Both the position numbers and the translations under genes were made by a program. Below the pieces are notes generated by a model. That model was not told the DNA's origin. It saw nothing but the letters and a program-made list of their open reading frames with translations, and did no database searches. From Eledone cirrhosa (Eukaryota): 64,000 nucleotides of DNA. Positions 34,701 to 50,590 of this stretch are shown here, piece by piece. The DNA lies in contig OZ024755.1 of assembly GCA_964016885.1 (NCBI GenBank), forward strand, positions 44,144,001 to 44,208,000, in the 5' to 3' direction. Numbering within the stretch: the stretch's first letter is position 1; every line of letters starts with the position of its first letter.

Positions 34701-37700
34701 GTTAAGAGTACCAACATACACCGTGTACGACAGTAAAAACATATACTGTGTACCACAGTTGAATGTACCAGAGTATAGTGTGTACCACACTTGACAGTCC
34801 CAACATATTCTGTATACCACAGTTGACAGTACCAACATATACAGTGTACCACTGTTGACAGTACCAACATATACCGTGTACCACAGTTGACAGTACCAAC
34901 ATATACTGTGTACCACAGTTGAGACTACCAACATATACTGGGTACGACTGTTGACAGTAACAACATATACTATGTACCACAGTTGACAGTACCAACATAT
35001 ACTGTGTACCACAGTTGACAGTACCAACCTATACTGTGTACCACAGTTGACAGTACCAACGTATACTGGGTACCACATTTGACACTACCAACATATACTG
35101 TGTACCACAGTTGACAGTACCAACGTATACTGTGTACCACAGTTGACGATACCAACATATACTGTGTACCACAGTTGACAGTACCAACATATACTGTATA
35201 CCACAGTTGACAGTACCGACATATACTGTGTACCACAGTTGACAATACCAACATATACTTTGTACCACGGTTGACAGTACCAACGTATACTGTGTACCAC
35301 TGTTGACAATATCAACATATACTGTGTACCACAGTTGACATTACCAACATATACAGTGTACCACAGTTGACAGTAGCAACATATACTGTGTACCACAGTT
35401 GACAGTACCAACATATACTGTGTACCACAGTTGACAGTACCAACATATACTGTGTACCATAGTTGATAGTACCAACGTATATTGTGTACCACAGTTGAGA
35501 GTACCAACATACACCGTGTACGACAGTTGACAGTAAAAACATATACTGTGTACCACAGTTGAGAGTACCAACATAAACTGTGTACCACAGTTGACAGTAC
35601 CAACATATACTGTGTACCACAGTTGACAATACCAACATATACTGTGTACCACAGTTGACAGTACCAACATATACTGTGTACCACAGTTGAAAGTACCAAC
35701 GTATACTGTGTACCACAGTTGACAACACCAACATATACTGTGTACCACAGTTGACAGTACCAACATATACTGTATACCACAGTTGACAGTACCAACATAT
35801 ACTGTGTACCACAGTTGACAGTACCGACATATACTGTGTACCACAGTTGACAGTACCAACATATACTGTATACCACAGTTGACAGTACCAACATATACTG
35901 TGTACCACTGTTGACAGTACCAACATATACTGTGTACCACAGCTGACACTACCAACATATACTTGTACCTCAGTTGACAGTACTACCATATATTGTGTAC
36001 CACCGTTGACAATACCAACGTATACTGTGTACCACAGTTGACAGTACCAACGTATACTGTGCGCCACAGTTTACAGTACCAAAATATACTGTGTACCACA
36101 GTTGACAATACCAACATATACTGTGTACCACAGTTGACAATACCAACACATATAGTGTACCACAGTTGACAGTACCAACGTATACTGTGTACCACAGTTG
36201 CCAATGCCAACATATACTGTGTGCCACAGTTGAGAGTACCAACATATACTGTGTACCACAGTTGACAGTACCAACATATACAGTGTACCACAGTTGACAG
36301 TACCAACATATACTGTGTACCACAGTTGACAGTACCAATGTATACTGTGTACCACAGTTGACAGTACCAACATATACTGTGTACCACAGTTGACAGTACC
36401 AACATATACTGTGTACCATGGTTGACATTACCAACGTATATTGTGTTCCACAGTTGACAGTACCAACATGTACTGTGTACCACAGTTGACAGTACCAACG
36501 TATACTGTGTACCACAGTTGACAGTACCAACGTATACTGTGTACCACAGTTGACAGTACCAACATATAACGTGTACCACAGTTGGCAGTACCATCATATA
36601 CTGTGTACCACAGTTGACAGTACCAACATATATTGTGTACCACAGTTGACAGTACCAACATATACTGTGTACCATAGTTGACATTACCAACGTATATTGT
36701 GTACCACAGTTGACAATACCAACACATATAGTGTACCACAGTTGACAGTACCAACGTATATTGTGTACCACAGTTGCCAATGCCAACATATACTGTGTAC
36801 CACAGTTGAGAGTACCAACATGTACCGTGTACCACAGTTGACAGTACCAACGTATACTGTGTACCACAGTTGACAATACCAACATATACTGTGTACCACA
36901 GTTGACAGTACCAACATATACTGTGTACCACAGTTGAAAGTACCAACGTATACTGTGTACCACAGTTGACAACACCAACATATACTGTGTACCACAGTTG
37001 ACAGTACCAACATATACTGTATACCACAGTTGACAGTACCAACATATACTGTGTACCACAGTTGACAGTACCAACATATACTGTATACCACAGTTGACAG
37101 TACCAACATATACTGTGTACCACTGTTGACAGTACCAACATATACCGTGTACCACAGTTGACAGTACCAACATATACTGTGTACCACAGCTGACACTACC
37201 AACATATACTTGTACCTCAGTTGACAGTACTACCATATATTGTGTACCACCGTTGACAATACCAACGTATACTGTGTACCACAGTTGACAGTACCAACGT
37301 ATACTGTGCACCACAGTTGACAGTACCAACATATACTGTGTACCACAGTTGACAATACCAACATATACTGTGTACCACAGCTGACAATACCAACACATAT
37401 AGTGTGCCACAGTTGACAGTACCAACGTATACTGTGTACCACAGTTGCCAATGCCAACATATACTGTGTACCACAGTTGAGAGTACCAACATATACTGTG
37501 TACCACAGTTGACAGTACCAACATATACTGTGTACCACAGTTGACAATACCAACATATACTGTGTACCACAGTTTACAGTACCAACATATACTGTGTACC
37601 CTAGTTGACATTACCAACGTATATTGTGTACCACAGTTGACAGTACCAACATGTACTGTGTACCACAGTTGACAGTACCAACGTATACTGTGTACCACAG

Positions 37701-40700
37701 TTGACAGTACCAACGTATACTGTGTACCACAGTTGACAGTACCAACATATAACGTGTACCACAGTTGGCAGTACCATCATATACTGTGTACCACAGTTGA
37801 CAGTACCAACATATATTGTGTACCACAGTTGACAGTACCAACATATACTGTGTACCATAGTTGACATTACCAACGTATATTGTGTACCACAGTTGACAGT
37901 ACCAACATACACCGTGTACAACAGTTGCAGGACCAACATATACTGTGTACCACAGTTGCGAGTACCAACATAAACTGTGTACCACAGTTGACAGTACCAA
38001 CATATACTGTATACCACAGTTGACAGTACCAACATATACTGTGTACCACAGTTGACAGTACCAACATATACTGTGTACCACAGTTGACAGTACCAACATA
38101 TACTGTGTACCACAGTTGACAGTACTAACATATACTGTGTACTACAGTTGACAGTACCAACATATACTGTGTACCACAGTTGACAGTACCAACATGTACT
38201 GTGTACCACAGTTGACAGTACCAACATATACTGTGTACCACAGTTGGCAGTACCAACATATAACGTGTACCACAGTTGGCAGTACCATCATATACTCTGT
38301 ACCACATTTGACAGTACCAACATATATCGTGTACCACAGTTGACAGTACCAACATATACTGTGTACCATAGTTGACATTACCAACGTATATTGTGTACCA
38401 CAGTTGACAGTACCAACATACACCGTGTACAACAGTTGACAGTACCAACATATACTGTGTACCACAGTTGCGAGTACCAACATAAACTGTGTACCACAGT
38501 TGACAGTACCAACATATACTGTGTACCACAGTTGACAGTACCAACATATACTGTATACCACAGTTGACAGTACCAACATATACTGTGTACCACAGTTGAC
38601 AGTACCAACATATACTGTGTACCTCAGTTAACAGTACCCACATATACTGTGTACCACAGTTGACAGTATAAACATATACTGTGTACCACAGTTGACAGTA
38701 CCATCATATACTTTGTACCACAGTTAACAGTACCAACATATACTGTGTACCACAGTTGACAGTACCAACGTATACTGTCTACCACAGTTGACAGTACCAA
38801 CGTATACTGTTTACCACAGTTGACAATACCAACATATACTGTGTACCAGAGTTGACAGTACCCACATATACTGTGTACCACAGTTGACAGTTCCAACATA
38901 TAAGGTGTACCACTGTTGATACTACCGACATATACGGTGTAGCACAGTTGACAGTACTAACATATACTGTGTACCACGGTTGAGAGTACCACCATATACT
39001 GGGTACCACTGTTGACAGTACCAACATATACTGTGTACCACAGTTGACAGTACCAACATATACTGTGTACCATAGTTGACAGTACCAACATATCCTGTGT
39101 ACCTCAGTTGTCAGTACCAACATATACTGTATACCACAGTTGACAGTACCAACATATACTGTGTACCACTGTTGACAGTACCAACATATACCGTGTACCA
39201 CAGTTGACAGTACCAACATATACTGTGTACCACAGCTGACACTACCAACATATACTTGTACCTCAACTGACAGTACTACCATATATTGTGTACCACCGTT
39301 GACAATACCAACGTATACTGTGTACCACAGTTGACAGTACCAACGTATACTGTGCACCACAGTTGACAGTACCAACATATACTGTGTACCACAGTTGACA
39401 ATACCAACATATACTGTGTACCACAGTTGACAATACCAACACATATAGTGTACCACAGTTGACAGTACCAACGTATACTGTGTACCACAGTTGCGAATGC
39501 CAACATATACTGTGTACCACAGTTGAGAGTACCAACATGTACCGTGTACCACAGTTGACACTACCAACGTATACTGTGTACCACAGTTGACAATACCAAC
39601 ATATACTGTGTACAACAGTTGACAGTGCCAACATATACTGTGTACCACAGTTGAAAGTACCAACGTATACTGTGTACCACAGTTGACAACACCAACATAT
39701 ACTGTGTACCACAGTTGACAGTACCAACATATACTGTATACCACAGTTGACAGTACCAACATATACTGTGTACCACAGTTGACGGTACCAACATATACTG
39801 TGTACCACAGTTGACAGTACCAACATATACTGTATACCACAGTTGACAGTACCAACATATACTGTGTACCACTGTTGACAATACCAACATATACCGTGTA
39901 CCACAGTTGACAGTACCAACATATACTGTGTACCACAGCTGACACTACCAACATATACTTGTACCTCAGTTGACAGTATTACCATATATTGTGTACCACC
40001 GTTGACAATACCAACGTATACTGTGTGCCACAGTTGACAGTACCAACGTATACTGTGCACCACAGTTGACAGTACCAAAATATACTGTGTACCACAGTTG
40101 ACAATACCAACATATACTGTGTACCACAGTTGCCAATGCCAACATATACTGTGTACCACAGTTGAGAGTACCAACATATACTGTGTACCACAGTTGACAG
40201 TACCAACATATACTGTGTACCACAGTTGACAGTACCAACATATACTGTGTACCACAGTTGACAGTACCAATGTATACTGTGTACCACAGTTGACAGTACC
40301 AACATATACTGTGTACCACAGTTGACAGTACCAACATATACTGTGTACCATAGTTGACATTACGAACGTATATTGTGTTCCACAGTTGACAGTACCAACA
40401 TGTACTGTGTACCACAGTTGACAGTGCCAACGTATACTGTGTACCACAGTTGACAGTACCAACGTATACTGTGTACCACAGTTGACAGTACCAACATATA
40501 ATGTGTACCACAGTTGACAGTACCATCATATACTGTGTACCACAGTTGACAGTACCAACATATATTGTGTACCACAGTTGACAGTACCAACATATACTGT
40601 GTACCATAGTTGACATTACCAACGTATATTGTGTACCACAGTTGACAGTACCAACATATCCTGTGTACCTCAGTTGACAGTACCATCATATACTGTATAC

Positions 40701-43700
40701 CACAGTTGACAGTACCAACATATACTGTGTACCACTGTTGACAGTACCAATATATACCGTGTACCACAGTTGACAGTACCAACATATACTGTGTACCACA
40801 GCTGACACTACCAACATATACTTGTACCTCAGTTGACAGTACTACCATATATTGTGTACCACCGTTGACAATACCAACGTATACTGTGTACCACAGTTGA
40901 CAGTACCAACGTATACTGTGCACCACAGTTGACAGTACCAACATATACTGTGTACCACAGTTGACAATACCAACATATACTGTGTACCACAGTTGACAAT
41001 ACCAACACATATAGTGTACCACAGTTGACAGTACCAACGTATATTGTGTACCACAGTTGCCAATGCCAACATATACTGTGTACCACAGTTGAGAGTACCA
41101 ACATGTAACGTGTACCACAGTTGACAGTACCAACGTATACTGTGTACCACAGTTGACAATACCAACATATACTGTGTACCACAGTTGACAGTACCAACAT
41201 ATACTGTGTACCACAGTTGAAAGTACCAACGTATACTGTGTACCACAGTTGACAACACCAACATATACTGTGTATCACAGTTGACAGTACCAACATATAC
41301 TGTATACCACAGTTGACAGTACCAACATATACTGTGTACCACAGTTGACAGTACCAACATATACTGTGTACCACAGTTGACAGTACCAACATATACTGTA
41401 TACCACAGTTGACAGTACCAACATATACTGTGTACCACTGTTGACAGTACCAACATATACTGTGTACCACAGTTGACAGTACCAACGTATACTGTGTACC
41501 ACAGTTGACAGTACCAACGTATACTGTGCACCACAGTTGACAGTACCAACATATACTGTGTACCACAGTTGACAATACCAACACATACTGTGTACCACAG
41601 TTGACAATACCAACACATATAGTGTACCACAGTTGACAGTACCAACGTATACTGTGTACCACAGTTGCCAATGCCAACATATACTGTGTACCACAGTTGA
41701 GAGTACCAACATGTACCGTGTACCACAGTTGACACTACCAACGTATACTGTGTACCACAGTTGACAATACCAACATATACTGTGTACCACAGTTGACAGT
41801 ACCAACATATACTGTGTACCACAGTTGAAAGTACCAACGTATACTGTGTACCACAGTTGACAACACCAACATATACTGTGTACCACAGTTGACAGTACCA
41901 ACATATACTGTATACCACAGTTGACAGTACCAACATATACTGTGTACCACAGTTGACAGTACCAACATATACTGTGTACCACAGTTGACAGTACCAACAT
42001 ATACTGTATACCACAGTTGACAGTACCAACATATACTGTGTACCACTGTTGACAGTACCAACATATACCGTGTACCACAGTTGACAGTACCGACATATAC
42101 TGTGTACCACAGCTGACACTACCAACATATACTTGTACCTCAGTTGACAGTATTACCATATATTGTGTACCACCGTTGACAATACCAACGTATACTGTGT
42201 ACCACAGTTGACAGTACCAACGTATACTGTGCACCACAGTTGACAGTACCAAAATATACTGTGTACCACAGTTGACAATACCAACATATACTGTGTACCA
42301 CAGTTGACAATACCAACACATATAGTGTACCACAGTTGACAGTACCAACGTATACTGTGTACCACAGTTGCCAATGCCAACATATACTGTGTACCACAGT
42401 TGAGAGTACCAACATATACTGTGTACCACAGTTGACAGTACCAACATATACTGTGTACCACAGTTGACAGTACCAACATATACTGTGTACCACAGTTGAC
42501 AGTACCAACATATACTGTGTACCACAGTTGACAGTACCAATGTATATGTGTACCACAGTTGACAGTACCAACATATACTGTGTACCACAGTTGACAGTAC
42601 CAACATATACTGTGTACCATAGTTGACATTACCAACGTATACTGTGTACCACAGTTGACAGTACCAACATATACTGTGTACCATAGTTGACATTACCAAC
42701 GTATATTGTGTACCACAGTTGACAGTACCAACATATACTGTGTACCACAGTTGACAGTACCAACATATACTGTGTACCATAGTTGACAGTACCAACGTAT
42801 ACTGTGTACCACAGTTGACAGTACCAACATATACTGTGTACCACAGTTGACAGTACCATCATATACTGTGTACCACAGTTGACAGTACCAACATATATTG
42901 TGTACCACAGTTGACAATACCAACATATATTGTGTACCACGGTTGACAGTACCAATGTATACTGTGTACCACAGTTGACAGTACCAACATATACTGTGTA
43001 CCACAGTTGACAGTACCAACATATACTGTGTACCATAGTTGACATTACCAACGTATATTGTGTTCCACAGTTGACAGTACCAACATGTACTGTGTACCAC
43101 AGTTGACAGTACCAACGTATACTGTGTACCACAGTTGACAGTACCATCATATACTGTGTACCACAGTTGACAGTACCAACATATATTGTGTACCACAGTT
43201 GACAGTACCAACATATACTGTGTACCATAGTTGACATTACCAACGTATATTGTGTACCACAGTTGACAGTACCAACATATCCTGTGTACCTCAGTTGACA
43301 GTACCAACATATACTGTATACCACAGTTGACAGTACCAACATATAATGTGTACCACTGTTGACAGTACCAATATATACCGTGTACCACAGTTGACAGTAC
43401 CAACATATACTCTGTACCACAGCTGACACTACCAACATATACTTGTACCTCAGTTGACAGTACTAGCATATATTGTGTACCACCGTTGACAATACCAACG
43501 TATACTGTGTACCACAGTTGACAGTACCAACGTATACTGTGCACCACAGTTGACAGTACCGACATATACTGTGTACCACAGTTGACAATACCAACATATA
43601 CTTTGTACCACGGTTGACAGTACCAACGTATACTGTGTACCACTGTTGACAATATCAACATATACTGTGTACCACAGTTGACATTACCAACATATACAGT

Positions 43701-46700
43701 GTACCACAGTTGACAGTAGCAACATATACTGTGTACCACAGTTGACAGTACCAACATATACTGTGTATCACAGTTGACAGTACCAACATATACTGTGTAC
43801 CATAGTTGATAGTACCAACGTATATTGTGTACCACAGTTAAGAGTACCAACATACACCGTGTACGACAGTAAAAACATATACTGTGTACCACAGTTGAAT
43901 GTACCAGAGTATAGTGTGTACCACACTTGACAGTCCCAACATATTCTGTATACCACAGTTGACAGTACCAACATATACAGTGTACCACTGTTGACAGTAC
44001 CAACATATACCGTGTACCACAGTTGACAGTACCAACATATACTGTGTACCACAGTTGAGACTACCAACATATACTGGGTACGACTGTTGACAGTAACAAC
44101 ATATACTATGTACCACAGTTGACAGTACCAACATATACTGTGTACCACAGTTGACAGTACCAACCTATACTGTGTACCACAGTTGACAGTACCAACGTAT
44201 ACTGGGTACCACATTTGACACTACCAACATATACTGTGTACCACAGTTGACAGTACCAACGTATACTGTGTACCACAGTTGACGATACCAACATATACTG
44301 TGTACCACAGTTGACAGTACCAACATATACTGTATACCACAGTTGACAGTACCGACATATACTGTGTACCACAGTTGACAATACCAACATATACTTTGTA
44401 CCACGGTTGACAGTACCAACGTATACTGTGTACCACTGTTGACAATATCAACATATACTGTGTACCACAGTTGACATTACCAACATATACAGTGTACCAC
44501 AGTTGACAGTAGCAACATATACTGTGTACCACAGTTGACAGTACCAACATATACTGTGTACCACAGTTGACAGTACCAACATATACTGTGTACCATAGTT
44601 GATAGTACCAACGTATATTGTGTACCACAGTTGAGAGTACCAACATACACCGTGTACGACAGTTGACAGTAAAAACATATACTGTGTACCACAGTTGAGA
44701 GTACCAACATAAACTGTGTACCACAGTTGACAGTACCAACATATACTGTGTACCACAGTTGACAATACCAACATATACTGTGTACCACATTTGACAGTAC
44801 CAACATATACTGTGTACCACAGTTGAAAGTACCAACGTATACTGTGTACCACAGTTGACAACACCAACATATACTGTGTACCACAGTTGACAGTACCAAC
44901 ATATACTGTATACCACAGTTAACAGTACCAACATATACTGTGTACCACAGTTGACAGTACCGACATATACTGTGTACCACAGTTGACAGTACCAACATAT
45001 ACTGTATACCACAGTTGACAGTACCAACATATACTGTGTACCACTGTTGACAGTACCAACATATACTGTGTACCACAGCTGACACTACCAACATATACTT
45101 GTACCTCAGTTGACAGTACTACCATATATTGTGTACCACCGTTGACAATACCAACGTATACTGTGTACCACAGTTGACAGTACCAACGTATACTGTGCAC
45201 CACAGTTTACAGTACCAAAATATACTGTGTACCACAGTTGACAATACCAACATATACTGTGTACCACAGTTGACAATACCAACACATATAGTGTACCACA
45301 GTTGACAGTACCAACGTATACTGTGTACCACAGTTGCCAATGCCAACATATACTGTGTACCACAGTTGAGAGTACCAACATATACTGTGTACCACAGTTG
45401 ACAGTACCAACATATACAGTGTACCACAGTTGACAGTACCAACATATACTGTGTACCACAGTTGACAGTACCAATGTATACTGTGTACCACAGTTGACAG
45501 TACCAACATATACTGTGTACCACAGTTGACAGTACCAACATATACTGTGTACCATGGTTGACATTACCAACGTATATTGTGTTCCACAGTTGACAGTACC
45601 AACATGTACTGTGTACCACAGTTGACAGTACCAACGTATACTGTGTACCACAGTTGACAGTACCAACGTATACTGTGTACCACAGTTGACAGTACCAACA
45701 TATAACGTGTACCACAGTTGGCAGTACCATCATATACTGTGCACCACAGTTGACAGTACCAACATATATTGTGTACCACAGTTGACAGTACCAACATATA
45801 CTGTGTACCATAGTTGACATTACCAACGTATATTGTGTACCACAGTTGACAATACCAACACATATAGTGTACCACAGTTGACAGTACCAACGTATATTGT
45901 GTACCACAGTTGCCAATGCGAACATATACTGTGTACCACAGTTGAGAGTACCAACATGTACCGTGTACCACAGTTGACAGTACCAACGTATACTGTGTAC
46001 CACAGTTGACAATACCAACATATACTGTGTACCACAGTTGACAGTACCAACATATACTGTGTACCACAGTTGAAAGTACCAACGTATACTGTGTACCACA
46101 GTTGACAACACCAACATATACTGTGTACCACAGTTGACAGTACCAACATATACTGTATACCACAGTTGACAGTACCAACATATACTGTGTACCACAGTTG
46201 ACAGTACCAACATATACTGTATACCACAGTTGACAGTACCAACATATACTGTGTACCACTGTTGACAGTACCAACATATACCGTGTACCACAGTTGACAG
46301 TACCAACATATACTGTGTACCACAGCTGACACTACCAACATATACTTGTACCTCAGTTGACAGTACTACCATATATTGTGTACCACCGTTGACAATACCA
46401 ACGTATACTGTGTACCACAGTTGACAGTACCAACGTATACTGTGCACCACAGTTGACAGTACCAACATATACTGTGTACCACAGTTGACAATACCAACAT
46501 ATACTGTGTACCACAGTTGACAATACCAACACATATAGTGTGCCACAGTTGACAGTACCAACGTATACTGTGTACCACAGTTGCCAATGCCAACATATAC
46601 TGTGTACCACAGTTGAGAGTACCAACATATACTGTGTACCACAGTTGACAGTACCAACATATACTGTGTACCACAGTTGACAATACCAACATATACTGTG

Positions 46701-47395
46701 TACCACAGTTGACAGTACCAACATATACTGTGTACCCTAGTTGACATTACCAACGTATATTGTGTACCACAGTTGACAGTACCAACATGTACTGTGTACC
46801 ACAGTTGACAGTACCAACGTATACTGTGTACCACAGTTGACAGTACCAACGTATACTGTGTACCACAGTTGACAGTACCAACATATAACGTGTACCACAG
46901 TTGGCAGTACCATCATATACTGTGTACCACAGTTGACAGTACCAACATATATTGTGTACCACAGTTGACAGTACCAACATATACTGTGTACCATAGTTGA
47001 CATTACCAACGTATATTGTGTACCACAGTTGACAGTACCAACATACACCGTGTACAACAGTTGCAGGACCAACATATACTGTGTACCACAGTTGCGAGTA
47101 CCAACATAAACTGTGTACCACAGTTGACAGTACCAACATATACTGTATACCACAGTTGACAGTACCAACATATACTGTGTACCACAGTTGACAGTACCAA
47201 CATATACTGTGTACCACAGTTGACAGTACCAACATATACTGTGTACCACAGTTGACAGTACTAACATATACTGTGTACTACAGTTGACAGTACCAACATA
47301 TACTGTGTACCACAGTTGACAGTACCAACATGTACTGTGTACCACAGTTGACAGTACCAACATATACTGTGTACCACAGTTGGCAGTACCAACAT
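28735..47395. repeat. Tandem duplication of a 9.1-9.5 kb block, junction near 38,255
   Basis: Offsets are 9,520 (28858/38378, 29743/39263), then 9,456 (31373/40829), then 9,136 (33557/42693, 35983/45119, 37867/47003). Private indels are shared at about 33,090/42,546 and 34,730/43,866. Confidence 0.9.
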
Positions 47396-48919
47396 ATACA
47401 GTGTACCACAGTTGACAGTACCAACATATACTGTGTACCACATTTGACAGTACCAACATATACTGTGTACCACAGTTGACAGTACCAACATGTACCGTGA
47501 ACCACATTTGACAGTACCAACATATACTGTGTACCACAGTTGAGAGTACCAACGTATAGTGTGTACCACAGTTGACAGTACCATCATATACTGTGTACCA
47601 CAGTTGACAGTACCAACATATATTGTGTACCACAGTTGACAGTACCAACATATACTGTGTACCATAGTTGACATTACCAACGTATATTGTGTACCACAGT
47701 TGACAATACCAACACATATAGTGTACCACAGTTGACAGTACCAACGTATATTGTGTACCACAGTTGCCAATGCCAACATATACTGTGTACCACAGTTGAG
47801 AGTACCAACATGTACCGTGTACCACAGTTGACAGTACCAACGTATACTGTGTACCAGAGTTGACAATACCAACATATACTGTGTACCACAGTTGACAGTA
47901 CCAACATATACTGTGTACCTCAGTTGAAAGTACCAACGTATACTGTGTACCACAGTTGACAACACCAACATATACTGTGTACCACAGTTGATAGTACCAA
48001 CATATACTGTGTACCACAGTTGACAGTACCAACATATACTGTGTACCACAGTTGACAATACCAACATATACTGTGTACCACAGTTGACAGTACCAACATA
48101 TACTGTGTACCCTAGTTGACATTACCAACGTATATTGTGTACCACAGTTGACAGTACCAACATGTACTGTGTACCACAGTTGACAGTACCAACGTATACT
48201 GTGTACCACAGTTGACAGTACCAACGTATACTGTGTACCACAGTTGACAGTACCAACATATAACGTGTACCACAGTTGGCAGTACCATCATATACTGTGT
48301 ACCACAGTTGACAGTACCAACATATATTGTGTACCACAGTTGACAGTACCAACATATACTGTGTACCATAGTTGACATTACCAACGTATATCGTGTACCA
48401 CAGTTGACAGTACCAACATACACCGTGTACAACAGTTGCAGGACCAACATATACTGTGTACCACAGTTGCGAGTACCAACATAAACTGTGTACCACAGTT
48501 GACAGTACCAACATATACTGTGTACCACAGTTGACAGTACCAACATATACTGTGTACCACAGTTGACAGTACTAACATATACTGTGTACTACAGTTGACA
48601 GTACCAACATATACTGTGTACCACAGTTGACAGTACCAACATGTACTGTGTACCACAGTTGACAGTACCAACATATACTGTGTACCACAGTTGGCAGTAC
48701 CAACATATACAGTGTACCACAGTTGACAGTACCAACATATACTGTGTACCACATTTGACAGTACCAACATATACTGTGTACCACAGTTGACAGTACCAAC
48801 ATGTACCGTGAACCACATTTGACAGTACCAACATATACTGTGTACCACAGTTGAGAGTACCAACGTATAGTGTGTACCACAGTTGACAGTAACAACATAT
48901 ACTGTGTACCACAGTTGAC

Positions 48920-50590
48920 AGTACCAACATATACTGTGTACCACAGTTCACAGTACCAAAGTATACAGTGTACCACATTTGACAGTACCAACATATTCTG
49001 TGTACCACAGTTGACAGTACCAACATATACTGTGTACCACTGTTGACAGTACCAACATATACCGTGTACCACATTTGACAGTACCAACATATACTGTGTA
49101 CCACTGTTGACAGTACCAACATATACTGTGTACCACAGTTGACAGTACCAACATGTACCGTGTACCACAGTTGACAGTACCAACGTATACTGTGTACCAC
49201 AGTTGACAATACCAACATATACTGTGTACCACAGTTGACAGTACCAACATATACTGTGTACCACAGTTGACAGTACCAACGTATACTGTTTATCACAGTT
49301 GACAGTACCAACGTATACTGGGTACCACATTTGACAGTACCAACATATACTGTGTACCACAGTTGACAGTACCAACGTATACTGTGTACCACAATTGACG
49401 ATACCAACATATACTGTGTACCACAGTTGACAGTACCAACATATACTGTATACCACAGTTGACAGTACCGACATATACTGTGTACCACAGTTGACAATAC
49501 CAACATATACTTTGTACCACGGTTGACAGTACCAATGTATACTGTGTACCACAGTTGACAGTACCAACATATACTGTGTACCACAGTTGACAGTACCAAC
49601 ATATACTGTGTACCATAGTTGACATTACCAACGTATATTGTGTTCCAGAGTTGACAGTACCAACATGTACTGTGTACCACATTTGACAGTACCAACGTAT
49701 ACTGTGTACCACAGTTGACAGTACCAACGTATACTGTGTACCACAGTTGACAGTACCAACATATACTGTGTACCACAGTTCACAGTACCAAAGTATACAG
49801 TGTACCACATTTGACAGTACCAACATATTCTGTGTACCACAGTTGACAGTACCAACATATACTGTGTACCACTGTTGACAGTACCAACATATACCGTGTA
49901 CCACATTTGACAGTACCAACATATACTGTGTACCACTGTTGACAGTACCAACATATACTGTGTACCACAGTTGACAGTACCAACATGTACCGTGTACCAC
50001 AGTTGACAGTACCAACGTATACTGTGTACCACAGTTGACAATACCAACATATACTGTGTACCACAGTTGACAGTACCAACATATACTGTGTACCACAGTT
50101 GACAGTACCAACGTATACTGTTTATCACAGTTGACAGTACCAACGTATACTGGGTACCACATTTGACAGTACCAACATATACTGTGTACCACAGTTGACA
50201 GTACCAACGTATACTGTGTACCACAATTGACGATACCAACATATACTGTGTACCACAGTTGACAGTACCAACATATACTGTATACCACAGTTGACAGTAC
50301 CGACATATACTGTGTACCACAGTTGACAATACCAACATATACTTTGTACCACGGTTGACAGTACCAATGTATACTGTGTACCACAGTTGACAGTACCAAC
50401 ATATACTGTGTACCACAGTTGACAGTACCAACATATACTGTGTACCATAGTTGACATTACCAACGTATATTGTGTTCCACAGTTGACAGTACCAACATGT
50501 ACTGTGTACCACATTTGACAGTACCAACGTATACTGTGTACCACAGTTGACAGTACCAACGTATACTGTGTACCACAGTTGACAGTACCA
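48920..50590. repeat. Tandem duplication of an 832-bp (26-monomer) block
   Basis: Identical ORFs at 48948..49250 and 49780..50082. Shared variants TTCACAGTACCAAAGTATACAGTG, CTGTTTATCACAG and CACAATTGACGATACC. Confidence 0.9.
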
